DNA of 64,000 bases. Source: Eledone cirrhosa (taxonomy: Eukaryota). The notes under the pieces are model-generated. The model worked only from the letters and a program-made list of their open reading frames with translations, was not told where the DNA came from and searched no databases. The stretch lies in contig OZ024743.1 of the NCBI GenBank assembly GCA_964016885.1, positions 201,810,001 to 201,874,000 of the forward strand, written 5' to 3'. Shown here in pieces: positions 12,443 to 24,505 of the stretch (the first letter of the stretch is position 1; each line of letters starts with the position of its first letter). Made by a program: the position numbers and the translations under genes.

Positions 12443-15400
12443 AAAATAACAGATTAAAGTTTAAGCAAAGAATCGCTGCTTTCACCCTTAACGGGATCTT
12501 CTGAAACTAACAAAGTCAATCTGTGAACGCGGAAGTGAATATTTCAAAAAACGTTGCAACCGGAGGAAGACAGGAAGACGATACTATGGTTCGTGGAAAC
12601 GTTCCCTGGCAAAGAACGGGAAAAAACGAATATAATACGTCATTATTTGGAGCGGTGAAAAACAATTACACGCAAAGAGAAAACCACATTTATGGTATAA
12701 AAGAAGTCGTAGACTAATATTCTATTAGGTGGTTCATAGAGACGCTCTCTGGCAATGAACGGAAAAAACGAAGATAATACATCATATGTGGAGCGGGGAG
12801 AACAATAGCACGCAAAGACAAAAGCACGTTAATGGTATAACTGCAGTCGTAGACTAAAATTCTAACTAGGAGACCGAATGATTCTCGGCTTCAGAGTTAA
12901 GAATAAAGTAAATAAAATACAGAGGTAACCGAAATTAAATAAATACAGACACGCATCCATACACATACATACACAAGCATACGCGAAAACACTCGCCATA
13001 GGTATACAAATACACGCACGTACCCCCCCCCCCAACACGGACATACAGAACCCACGCAACGCCTGTACCCGCACGCATACGAATGTATACACCAAATACA
13101 CATAAAATTATATATAAAATTATATATATTAATATATATATATGTGTGTGTGCGTGTGCGTGTATACATATAATTAAATAAACATATATAAATAAATAAA
13201 TACGTATATAACAAGCGCACACACATACCTACATGTAAATACACATATGTTCGGAGACGACGTCAACCAAAACACGAAGTACACATATACACACACCCTA
13301 CATACGTACGCACGCCCATACTCACACAGACCCCAAACTCACGTATACACATAACCAAAACCATATGTACCAGAGGCTTCAACCTTTCCATACAGGTTAA
13401 GGTCAACCTCTCTGTCGTTAATTACTTCGACGTTACCCTCAATTTATCGAATGGCTTTCATTACCCGTATAGAAAGCCGAATGATACGCTTAATTACATA
13501 AGTAAGCTTTCTAACTATCCTGCCAGCATAACCAAGAACCTGGTAAGAAACGTTTCTTTGAGGCTTTCCCGTATATCTACTAACGAGCATATTTTCAACG
13601 ACCATTCCACTTATTACAATGAAGCTCTTGCTCGGAGTGGATTTGTCGATAAGGTAGCATATACAGAGTACGAGAATAGACCTAGAAGAAATAGATCCCG
13701 ACGCATTATATGGTATAACCCACCATATATTATGGAAGTAGCCACACCATCAGCTAAGATCTTTCTATCCCTTATTACGAAGAATTTTCCCCCTACACAT
13801 ATATATAGTAACATTTTTAATAGAAATACTATTAAAATATCTTACTCTACGACTCCCAACCTTGCACATAACATCACAGCTTCAAATTTAGCTAAACTAC
13901 CTAGCCGTAGGAACACGTGCAACCCTGTAATTAGTACTAACTGTAATTGTGGGAATCGGGTTGACTGCTCCTATCCGGGAATTGCCTCTCTAGTAACATT
14001 GTCTACAAATGTAAGGTTGAAACACCCACGTCCCATAGGGCCTACATAGGGTTAACCGCCAATAGATTCAAGCAGCGTCTTTACATGCATACCAATTCTT
14101 TTCGTTACCCTTTAAGACGGAATATGACGTCACTTTCAGCTTATATCTGGAGTCTAAAAGTCAACCATACCCAATATAAGTTACACCGGGAGATCCTAGC
14201 TAGGGCTAGATCGTATAACGGAAATAAAAGACCATGTGACATCTGCGCCGCTGAGGCACTGGAAATACTCCACGCCAAAGACCACATCTTAAACAAAAAA
14301 TCTGAGGCAATTTCGGCTTGTAAACATAAATTCCACAAAACTTTCCTGTATTACAGTCCCACATTATACCCTAACGGATAGTACGAACTATACGCGGATA
14401 TTTTACGTCTTGATGTGGTAGCTAAGTATATGTTATGTTTATACCATTACTTATTTGTATAGTTAAGTATATATTACTTGTATGTTTTGTGAAGGTACGT
14501 ATACTTCCTGATTGTATGTGTTTTGGCGTATATATTATATATTCTGGTACATATGGTTTTGGTTATGTGTATACGTGAGTTTTGCGTCTGTGTGAGTATG
14601 CGGATTCGTACGTATGTAGGGTGTGTGTATATGTGTACTTCGTGTTTTGGTTGCCGTACGTCTCCGAACAAATGTGTATTTACATGTAGGTATTTGTGTG
14701 CGCTTGTTATATACGTATTTATTTATTTATATACGTTTATTTAATTATATGTATAATTTTATGTGTATTTGGTGTATACATTCGTATGCGTGCGGGTACA
14801 GGCGTTGCGTGGGTTCTGTATGTACGTGCGGGATTTTTTTTTGTTTTTTCTTGTTTTTTTTTGTGTGTACGTGCGTGTATTTGTATACATATGGTGAGTG
14901 TTTTCGCGTATGCTTGTGTATGTACGTATATGGATGCGTGTATGTATTTATTTAATTTCGATTACCTCTGTATTTTATTTACTTTATTCTTAACTCTGAA
15001 GCCGAGAATCATTCAGTTTCCTAGTTAGAATTTAATCTACGACTTCAGTTATACCATTTACGTGGTTTTGTCTTTGCGTGCTATTGTTCTCCCCGTTCCA
15101 CATATGACGTATTATCTTCGTTTTTTCCCGTTCATTGCCAGAGAACGTCTCTATGAACCACCTAATAGAATATTAGTCTACGACTTCTTTTATACCATAA
15201 ACGTGGTTTTTTCTTTGCGTGTAATTGTTTTTCACCGCTCCAAATAATGACGTATTATATTCGTTTTTTCCCATTCTTTGCCAGGGAACGTTTCCACGAA
15301 CCAAAGTATCGTCTTCCTGTCTTCCTCCGGTTGCAACGTCTTTTGAAATATCCACTTCCGCGTTCACAGATTGACTTTGTTAGTTTCAGAAGATCCTGTT

Positions 15401-15539
15401 AAGGGTGAAAGCAGCGATTCTTTGCTTAAACTTTAATCTGTTATTTTTATAAATATTTGCTCTACGGTTCCTATATATTTGATATATATTTATCCTTATC
15501 GAGCCCTCTTTGGATTTTAGTCTTCAAATTTATTATTAT

Positions 15540-15542
<3 letters not shown>
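12443..15542 (+). mobile_element. Naiad-like Penelope element 2, 5'-truncated, with ~930-bp inverted pLTR
   Basis: 12443-13374 is the reverse complement of 14543-15447; unique 3' tail to ~15542; (TA)n flanks; ~143-bp internal duplication in the arms. Confidence 0.85.
13375..14381 (+). pseudogene. PLE RT-thumb/GIY-YIG endonuclease remnant (frameshifted)
   Basis: RRIIWYNPPY, IFNRNTIKISYS, CNCGNRVDC, YIGLT..RFKQR, CDIC..EA..I, LNKKSE..SACKH. Confidence 0.9.
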
Positions 15543-15591
<49 letters not shown>

Positions 15592-15874
15592 GTGTGTATG
15601 TGCGTGCGTGTGTACGTACTTATGCCTATGTGTGTATGTAACATTATAGTTTTTATATTTGTGTGTTTATCTTTAAGAAATGTTTACACTCTATGTGTGT
15701 ATGTGGTTGTATGCATTTATGTGTGCGTGTATATGTATTTGTATGTATATACTCTTTTGTGTCTGTGCTGTGTTTATATTTATGTGGTGTGCTTGTATAT
15801 TTATATGTATGCGTATGTGTGTGTGTATATGTATATATATATATATGTGTGTGTATGTATGTATGTGTGTGTGT

Positions 15875-16506
15875 GGTCAGGTCACCAGTTGTTATGGTCA
15901 TTTCACCAGTTGGTGCTACTGGTAACATTTATCCCAGTACAACCTGTCTCATGGTCAGGTCGTTGGCGACTAAACTGGCAACCCCACCAAGGTTTCTTGG
16001 TGAGGAGGGTGACTTTGGACATACTGCAGGACTAAAAACAAAACCTGTCAAAGGGCAAAGGAGCTCTTAAGAATCAATGGCCATCCAAAATCACCAGGAG
16101 AGATGACCCCTTAACCTTTGTCAAGGCAGAATTCTAGGAGAAGGATAACTCTGATATAACAGCTGCAACCCTGATGGTATCCAATGATGTTGACTTGTTC
16201 TTCTTTTTGGTAAATATCATCTTGGTTAAGAGAGTGGGACTGGCTTTGTGCAGTGCCTTTGCTCACTATCAAAGCTTCATGGCACAGGCATTGCTTTATA
16301 TCTGGAGATCTCTCTGCACTTGTCATCACATGGTACCATGGGCCCAGCACTATGTGTCAATAATTGTCACAGGTGTAGTGTTTGTACCAGAGTTTTCAAG
16401 TCGCTGGCTGGACTAAAATGTCACACTCGTTCAGCACATCGGTAGGGATTCTCCTACATGGATATAAAATAGTGGCCGTACTCGAAAACGAGTTGGCAGC
16501 CACCAT
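15875..16506 (+). mobile_element. RTE-derived composite or non-autonomous element
   Basis: 5' part is shared with the 5866 and 27003 copies; 3' part encodes a C2H2-like [22 protein letters not shown] typical of RTE C-termini. Confidence 0.5.
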
Positions 16507-16524
16507 GTGTGTGTGTATATATAT

Positions 16525-16556
<32 letters not shown>

Positions 16557-16559
16557 ATG

Positions 16560-16633
<74 letters not shown>

Positions 16634-16929
16634 TTGTAATAAAATGAAAACGAAATTTCATTTCTCACTCTTAGTACGGCACTTACTTAAATGTAAGTAT
16701 GTATGTATACGTACATACATATATGTATACAGACGTACAGTAGCATGCATATATATATATATATATATATATACATACAGGTACACATACATATATGTAC
16801 GTATCAGTTTAGCGGACGCTTATTATAGCGCCCGCTTTGTTCGTTTGTAAACAAACTGAACAGCCTGAATTTATGCCGTACGGTGTTAAGGCAACCACGT
16901 CACCTTTTTGTTCAACACTGACACAGGAA

Positions 16930-16970
16930 CGATGTACTAGTTTCAAGCTTGTTAGCTATCATCAGCATCG
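16930..16970 (-). ncRNA. Minimal type I hammerhead ribozyme (unit 1)
   Basis: CGATG-CTGATGA-T AGCT aaca AGCT T-GAAA CTAG TA-CATCG; perfect 5-bp stem I, palindromic stem III. Confidence 0.9.
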
Positions 16971-17045
16971 TATACCCTTCTGCCAGATGGTTGAACGTTC
17001 GAAAGTATATACTTTCCTTATGAAAATTAACGGCTGAGCAGCCTA

Positions 17046-17053
17046 ATTTGCAT
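17046..17053 (-). promoter_or_regulatory. Octamer motif ATGCAAAT in retrozyme unit
   Basis: Exact octamer ~80 nt upstream of the ribozyme core; also at 7580, 7781, 17502 and 62097. Confidence 0.45.
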
Positions 17054-17385
17054 ATCGAGTGAGTCCGGCCAGGCGTACCGAGAACGACAAGTTGTAATAA
17101 AATGAAAACGAAATTTCATTTCTCACTCTTAGTACGGCACTTACTTAAATGTAAGTATGTATGTATACGTACATACATATATGTATACAGACGTACAGTA
17201 GCATGCATATATATATATATATATATATACATACAGGTACACATACATATATGTACGTATCAGTTTAGCGGACGCTTATTATAGCGCCCGCTTTGTTCGT
17301 TTGTAAACAAACTGAACAGCCTGAATTTATGCCGTACGGTGTTAAGGCAACCACGTCACCTTTTTGTTCAACACTGACACAGGAA

Positions 17386-17426
17386 CGATGTACTAGTTTC
17401 AAGCTTGTTAGCTATCATCAGCATCG
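17386..17426 (-). ncRNA. Minimal type I hammerhead ribozyme (unit 2)
   Basis: Identical to 16930-16970, 456 bp away. Confidence 0.9.
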
Positions 17427-17659
17427 TATACCCTTCTGCCAGATGGTTGAACGTTCGAAAGTATATACTTTCCTTATGAAAATTAACGGCTGAGCAGCCT
17501 AATTTGCATATCGAGTGAGTCCGGCCAGGCGTACCGAGAACGACAAGTTGTAATAAAATGAAAACGAAATTTCATTTCTCACTCTTAGTACGGCACTTAC
17601 TTAAATGTAAGTATGTATGTATACGTACATACATATATGTATACAGACGTACAGTAGCA

Positions 17660-17737
<78 letters not shown>

Positions 17738-17818
17738 CAGGTACACATACATATATATATATATACATATATATATACATATACATATATATATATACAT
17801 ATATATATACATACAGGT

Positions 17819-17862
<44 letters not shown>

Positions 17863-17888
17863 GTGTGTGTGTTGGTGTGTTTATGTAT

Positions 17889-17936
<48 letters not shown>

Positions 17937-18176
17937 ATATGTGTCTCTGTGTATATATATATGTGTATATATGCGTGTATAGATGTATATATATATATAT
18001 ATATATGTATATATGTGTGTATACGTGAGTGTGTGTGCGTGAGTGTGTGTACGTGTGTGTTGTTATATATTCTTATTTATTATTCCCCCCCCCCTTTTTT
18101 TTTTCCTCCAGCCTCACTTTCATATCTGTTATGTTTTTGTTTTTGAAATCCACTGTCAATAAAGACACCAGGATGT

Positions 18177-18236
18177 TTTCATTCTGATGAATGAAAGCAA
18201 CTTTGGTTGCTTTTAAGAAACCACTGGTAAATGAAA
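18177..18236 (+). ncRNA. Type I hammerhead ribozyme at PLE 3' end
   Basis: TTTCATT-CTGATGA-a TGAAAGCAAC tttg GTTGCTTTTA a-GAAAC CACTG GTA-AATGAAA: 7-bp stem I and 10-bp stem II. Confidence 0.85.
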
Positions 18237-18264
18237 TAATTATCTTATGTTGTTTATTACATAA

Positions 18265-18330
<66 letters not shown>

Positions 18331-18813
18331 ATACACATACTGATTTCTTTTGCCAAAATCTGGGGTTTTTCCCCTTGTTTTTCCCCTGGTTTTTCCCCAT
18401 GTTCTTTTACAAAGTTCTGCGTCACTCACAAAGTTGGTTACAGAGGAAAATACCTGTTGATAAGGTGATATTCCTTGTTCGATCATTATGCTAAAAGCTT
18501 ATAGTTTTAAGCAGACAGCATTATTGATTTAGGTGTCATACAAACCCTGCATTTGGATTTTAGCATCAATTCCATTTGGGTCCAGGTCTGTTTTTATCAT
18601 TTATTTTGTTTGACCTGTTTAGCTTGATCTGTTTTTTGGCTTAGGAGGTTAATGCCTTCTTGACCACTTTTTCAGTTTGTATGGCGCTTTAACATATTGT
18701 TTAGCTCTAGTTTTCTTAACTATTGGAGCGCTTACCAGAATCTCTACGAATTTAGGTTTCGTTTCGCTTTTTCTACCAGCCGAAATACGATTCTTGCTGA
18801 ATTTATATTTATA

Positions 18814-18871
<58 letters not shown>

Positions 18872-18877
<6 letters not shown>

Positions 18878-19105
18878 CAACAGTGACATAAACAGGTACT
18901 CAAGTATCGTTCGGTTCTGGACCCCAATTTCTTCAGCCTGTCATGAGAAAATCAAAAAACTTCACGACAGGCTGAAGAAATTGGGACCCAGAACCCAACG
19001 AAACTTGAGTACCTGTTTATGTCACTGTTGTAATTACTTATACTATACTCGTCCTATGTACTGAGTGGTCCTACTCTTGAATATTTTCACTTAACTTTTA
19101 CTTCA
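18872..19105 (+). mobile_element. PLE-type foldback mini-element
   Basis: Arms 18872-18946 and 18962-19036, tail to ~19105, inside (TA)n. Confidence 0.8.
18967..19016 (+). ncRNA. Type I hammerhead ribozyme
   Basis: ACAGG-CTGAAGA-aa TTGGG acccagaa CCCAA c-GAAAC TTGA GTA-CCTGT; the mirror arm has GATAC. Confidence 0.85.
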
Positions 19106-19726
19106 GTATATATACGGTATATATATATATATATGCATATGCATAGATATACATATATACACACACAAATATATACAAATGAATAAATACCATTAGATAA
19201 ACAAAATTATATATATGGCCGAGCGTGCGTGCGAGCGCGTCTGTGCCTGTGTGTGTTGTATGAACATTTCGTAAATAAAATATCGGAGCGTTGAGGTGAT
19301 AGAAATTCTTAGAAAATGTAGAAATCTCAAAAGGAGACAATGACTGTAAACTCAGTCAATTGCTATAAATATTAGATTTGAAAGTCGGATAACACCCCTG
19401 TTTAGGTGAAATATGTGACCAGCACACCCTAAGAAGTATCGAACTTCGTATCTCTTGAATTTCGACCGAGTACTCTGTACAACTGTATAAACGACCACAG
19501 ACTCCAAATTCCGGTTCTCATACAACTGGTATTGTTTTGAAGCGATTATAAAATATACACCAATTTACATACGTATCGAGATTTGCTTTTCCTGTTTGTA
19601 TAGTCTACCCTTTAAATATATATTTGTGTGAGTGTGTCTGTATATATCTATATATATATATATATATGCATACATACATGTATATTTGTATACATGTATG
19701 CATACACGCGTACATATAGACATATA

Positions 19727-19762
<36 letters not shown>

Positions 19763-19948
19763 TATATATATAGGTTATTTAAGTAACTTGTGGTTATCAG
19801 CGACGGTGCTGTACGAAGCACTCGATGCTGTTACGGGATCCGTCACTCGCTCGGTTGTGCTCCAGGTTTAAGGCGACTGTATTTTGCACTGTGTATATAT
19901 AGATTGATTATATGAAGACAGATTTGCAGCTTTTTATGAAACTTTATT

Positions 19949-20016
19949 GTATATTACAACTGTTTCGATATCGATCAGCTCGAGTTTGATCTTAATAGAC
20001 ACCTCATCAGACATAC
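19949..20016 (-). ncRNA. Type I hammerhead ribozyme in a PLE 3'-end fragment (tail to ~19772)
   Basis: GTATGT-CTGATGA-GGTGTC..GATCA..TGATC GATATC-GAAAC AGTT GTA-ATATAC, followed by AATAAA. Confidence 0.85.
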
Positions 20017-20406
20017 GAGTGTACATGGATGTATTATTACTATTATTATTAGAAAATGACAAACACAGAGATACAAAATCAATTAGACTTATTAGTTTGA
20101 CACTTTGGAGGAAGGAAATAAAAAAGGATTGATGTATCGGATGTTAGTCTTTCATCAAATGTACAAGAGCTTCAACCATTAGGAAGTAAGAAAGGAGGGA
20201 CATGTGAGTATGTATGTATGTTGTTTTTAATTTGTTTCATATATCTGCGTATATATTGTTCGAGATAGTGTCAACGTGTATCTAGCTCTATGTTTATTTC
20301 GTGTGTGTGGTTTGTTTGTGTGTATAAAATATAAATGAAATCCTTTGTGACAAATATATGTCTGTTCATTGCATGTATGTATGTAAAAACCCCTACACTC
20401 CCCTCT

Positions 20407-20468
<62 letters not shown>

Positions 20469-21109
20469 CACTTCAGTAAATAGACATTATTGATGTAAAA
20501 AATTCGCTCTCGTTCCTGATAATATGTAGATTTCGAAGTACAGAGTAGGCTATTATGACAAGATGTTACTATAAATCAATATGTTATATTCTCCTGATAA
20601 AATCTTATCTTTATACTCATCTATCCTCGCTTACAGTCAATTGTAAATACTAAACGACATCAAGTACAATCAAAATACAGTAAAACAATGCCAGAAAAAA
20701 TAATAACTAAAAAAACTCTGCACAAAGAAAGAAAAATAAGAGAACAAGACAATAAAATGAAATAAAATGAAATAAATTGAAATAATAGTTACATCAAAAT
20801 TGATAAAAATTGAGACGAAGAGAAAAGATGATAAAAACTAAACTATAGAAAAATGAATGATTTTGTTTTCGAATATTAATTTCTATGTTGTAAAGCAGCA
20901 ATTGTGTTTCGTAATGGTATTTGTCTGGAAAGAGGAAACAAAAATAGAAGACAAGGCCAACGTTATATAACGATCTTATTATTGAATTCTTTCACAAGTT
21001 TCAATCTTAGGATGTGCAGTCTTCATGCTAGGTTAGTCTTCAAGAGGTTTTAGTCAATGTTATCAACACAGTAATTTGTCACGTACTTATTTGTGAAGAT
21101 GTGTGTCCT

Positions 21110-21245
21110 AATTGTTAGTGTACTGGTGGGCACATGATTTTAAGGTCCTGAGTTCAACTCCAGGAATGGATGATGTCATGTACCCTTGAGCAAGACATTT
21201 TATTTCACATTGCTGCAGTTTACTCACCTGGAAAATAAATAAATT
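21110..21245 (+). mobile_element. tRNA-derived SINE, family B (degenerate)
   Basis: GAGTTCAACTCC B-box, then cccttgagcaagacattttatttcacattgc. Confidence 0.55.
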
Positions 21246-21819
21246 GTGACGACACTGGTGACAAGATATATGGACCTATACCTACCTCATAGACAACATC
21301 GTTGGTGTGTACAACTGCACCAGCTCTTGCAATTCTTGCTCTTAATTCAGCCTCCTGCATTTCATCACATGGAGCTGGTATCACAATTGGCGGGTATAAA
21401 ATTAGTAGGCTGGAATTTGACGACGATACTTAACTCGTCAAAGATATTCTCCGACATGCACTTGATAGGTTTGAAGATCACTGATGCACGGCTGGAATGA
21501 AAATCAGTGCTGCAAAAACTGAGAAACTCGTCCTTTCAAGGAAGCCTATGTAGTGCACTACATAGTGCGCTCTACATGTGTGTGGACGTCAAATGAAGTA
21601 GGTGGTGAAGTTAAAGTAGTTTCATAATTTGGTTTATTAAATAACGTCTACTATGTACATTTCAGATGCGCTAGACAAACCTAGACAAAGGTTACGTACG
21701 TCTCATGTCCCATAATCGACATATCACATATATTGTTTTTAACTTCTGTCTTACATAATCTTTGTTTAACGCCGCTGAAAAGTACATAACAAAGTATGGA
21801 AATGTAGAACCTTCGCTTC

Positions 21820-21878
<59 letters not shown>

Positions 21879-23103
21879 ATTGCCCACCTTTTCTTTTTCC
21901 ATTTACAGTATTTCTCAGACAACATACATTTTTAATATTCTACACTTCTCTTCAACCTCCTCACTCTTTCCAGACACGTAGCCTATCGATTAGATTTTAT
22001 TAGAAGAGTCGCTTTCTTTAATACTGCTCGCTTCTGAATATATAACGTCGTGTAGCGTCTTGAACTCTCCTCCTTCACAAACATTTTCCTTCTGCTTCCG
22101 TAGTTCCTCTTTCAGTTTAACGCTTGAATGTCTTAACTATTTTACAGTTTACTTTCACTTCCTCGCCCATGAGCTTTACAAACGGAAGGAGGTTCTGAAT
22201 GAAAAGAAATAGTTTTAAAATACAATATGTAAATTGTATGTTTCAGGTGTGACCGGATTTCTTTTTTGTATATTAAAACTACATTTTCCAGTTTCTCTCC
22301 TTTTTTAAATATGGTTAGTAATTTTAGCTGGTTATTTCCAGCTTCATTAGATCCTTTCAAGAAACCTCTTCCAGCCGTGACCATCCACTTTTTTGTATAT
22401 CACGTATTACATTATTTCATGTATCATCACGCTTTGATGGGTAATTTGTGGAGGATTTGACTGCTATTTACCGTAGGATGACCTACACCGAAAAGGCTTC
22501 CTTAGCAATTGTTGTTTAACCCTAGGCAAGCTCTGATTGAGTAGATCGAGAAAAAGCGTTCAGGCATTTATCGTCCAGTGTTTAGTATATCAGGACTACC
22601 TCTGACCTTTCAACTCTCTTCGTCCGACAGGGAGATCTCTCAACCACTTTGGTGTTGGTGAGAGATGTCTTCTCTTGTGAAAATGGGTATAGCTTTCATT
22701 ATGTAAAATCTCCCCATTTTGCCTAATTTCTCCCCGCTTGGGTTTTTAGAGGTTGACAGGTCTGGTTTCGAAAATCAGGGACTACCTCTCCAATGTGTCC
22801 ATCCTATTTTAAAACTGTAGAGTGTATGATTCGAGAGAAATTTAACTGGTATATCTAGTAGTTCAAACAGTCACACAAAGACTTCGTTATTGTTTAATGT
22901 GTAGCTGCCCACCCCTATGTGTTGCTGTTAAGCTTCGTGTTATATCTGATCGAGAAGATGGACGATAAAAGGTGTTCCAGCTGTGAGCATCTTGTTTGTT
23001 TCTCAGACACAGTGAACAGTTCATTGAGAGCAATACTATCAAATGTATCATTTTTATGGCTGTAATGTATCATTTTTATGCTCTCTCTCTGTCACTGTCT
23101 ATC

Positions 23104-23165
<62 letters not shown>

Positions 23166-23442
23166 ACACACACAAACACACACATTTACAATCATACACA
23201 CCTATACATAAATATGCATATATAGACAGGAAAAGAGTCAGAGAAAGTGAGAAAGAGACTGAGAGTGAAAACGCAATCGATTCATTGAAATACAATAATG
23301 AGTGGAATAGGTGAATGAGTTTGTAAATATTGTTACACGTATTTTCATAAGCGGTGGTGTGATCGACATACACACAAACTTGCTACAATTCTTCTATGTG
23401 TGTGTAAACTCATTCTCTCCCCCTCTCTCTCTCGCCCCCCCC

Positions 23443-23473
<31 letters not shown>

Positions 23474-24435
23474 AAAATATCCGGATTACATTGAGTTCTT
23501 CATACGGATTGGACACTACCGTAAACTCTTGGTAGATTTATCTACATATATATATATATATATATATACAGTGTATATATATATATACAGTGTATATATA
23601 TATATATAGTTTAATAAATGAACAGAGAACAAAATACAGAGAGGCAGTACAAATGATATTGCTTGAGAGTATATATATTCAAATAAGGAATCGAAACATA
23701 TCAAATATGTTTAGAATTTTGTGTTTCTAAATAAGTAAGCTCAATAGACTTCATCTAGAGCCATATTAATCAAGTGAAGAGATATATGTTTATATATAGA
23801 GAGAAAGAGCCATTATATCGTAAAAGAAACACGGTATATCGTAAATATACTAAATACATATTCTATAGAAGAATGTGTACTTAAAGTGGAATAGGAAGTG
23901 AAACTTATAGTACTATTTCATATCTGGAAAGTGTGGCTAAAAATCAATCTATGTAATCGATCATCGAAAAAAAATCCATCAATATAATCGGTCATCAAAG
24001 ACAAACTATCAATTACCTTTAAACCATATGAGACTCAGGTACTCATCAGAGGTTTAGTCTCACGATTCTAAGGGAAATATAGAATGAATATGGTAAATAA
24101 ATCAATATACCTGTGAATATCTACAGCTAAGTCCAACTCGACCGTGTAATGATATGGTGTAATGACGTTAAACCCAAGACGAATAGATATCCACAAGGTG
24201 GACGATAACTCCGCTAGAAATAGGAACGCTGATATTAGCCACCGAGCTCAGTAAGTTAAGAGGTTTGGAGCCGTTAAATACAAATAATGAATCAAGACAT
24301 ATCAAATATGTTTACGATTCCACCTGTGTACATATTCTTCTATAGAATATGTATTTGGTACATTTACAACATATGTTTCTTTTACGATATATATGGCTAT
24401 TTCTCTCTATATAAAAACATATATCTCTCCACATG

Positions 24436-24505
<70 letters not shown>

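Larger units (their letters stand above)
16631..17750 (-). repeat. Tandem 456/458-bp hammerhead repeat (non-LTR retrozyme-like), about 2.4 units
   Basis: Unit starts at 16631, 17089 and 17545; units appear identical apart from internal (TA)n length; one hammerhead per full unit. Confidence 0.9.
8865..18268 (+). mobile_element. Naiad-like Penelope element 1 with inverted pLTR, interrupted by nested insertions
   Basis: 8929-9400 is the reverse complement of ~17860-18268, and ~9900-10135 of ~15633-15870; RT/GIY-YIG remnant at 10146-11426. Confidence 0.6.

Noticed and set aside
10950-14340. Selenoprotein (UGA-Sec) coding, as reported for some Naiad PLEs
   Set aside because: The conserved Cys positions read in both elements use TGT/TGC; the stops seen look like ordinary decay
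15930-15990. HDV-like ribozyme in the RTE-like 5' segment (CCAGT...ACC..GGT...CTAA ACTGG)
   Set aside because: P1 and P1.1 could not be built consistently across the three copies
16837-17493. Duplicated 66-aa ORF in the tandem repeat
   Set aside because: TTG start, antisense to the ribozyme, and not obviously preserved in the other copies
18500-18800. RTE-like RT remnant on the minus strand (also ~21480-21620 on plus)
   Set aside because: Only faint motif similarity by eye; not enough to set boundaries
23995-24055. Hammerhead remnants near 24045(-) and 25886(+)
   Set aside because: CTGANGA is present but GAAA and stem I are missing; too degenerate to call
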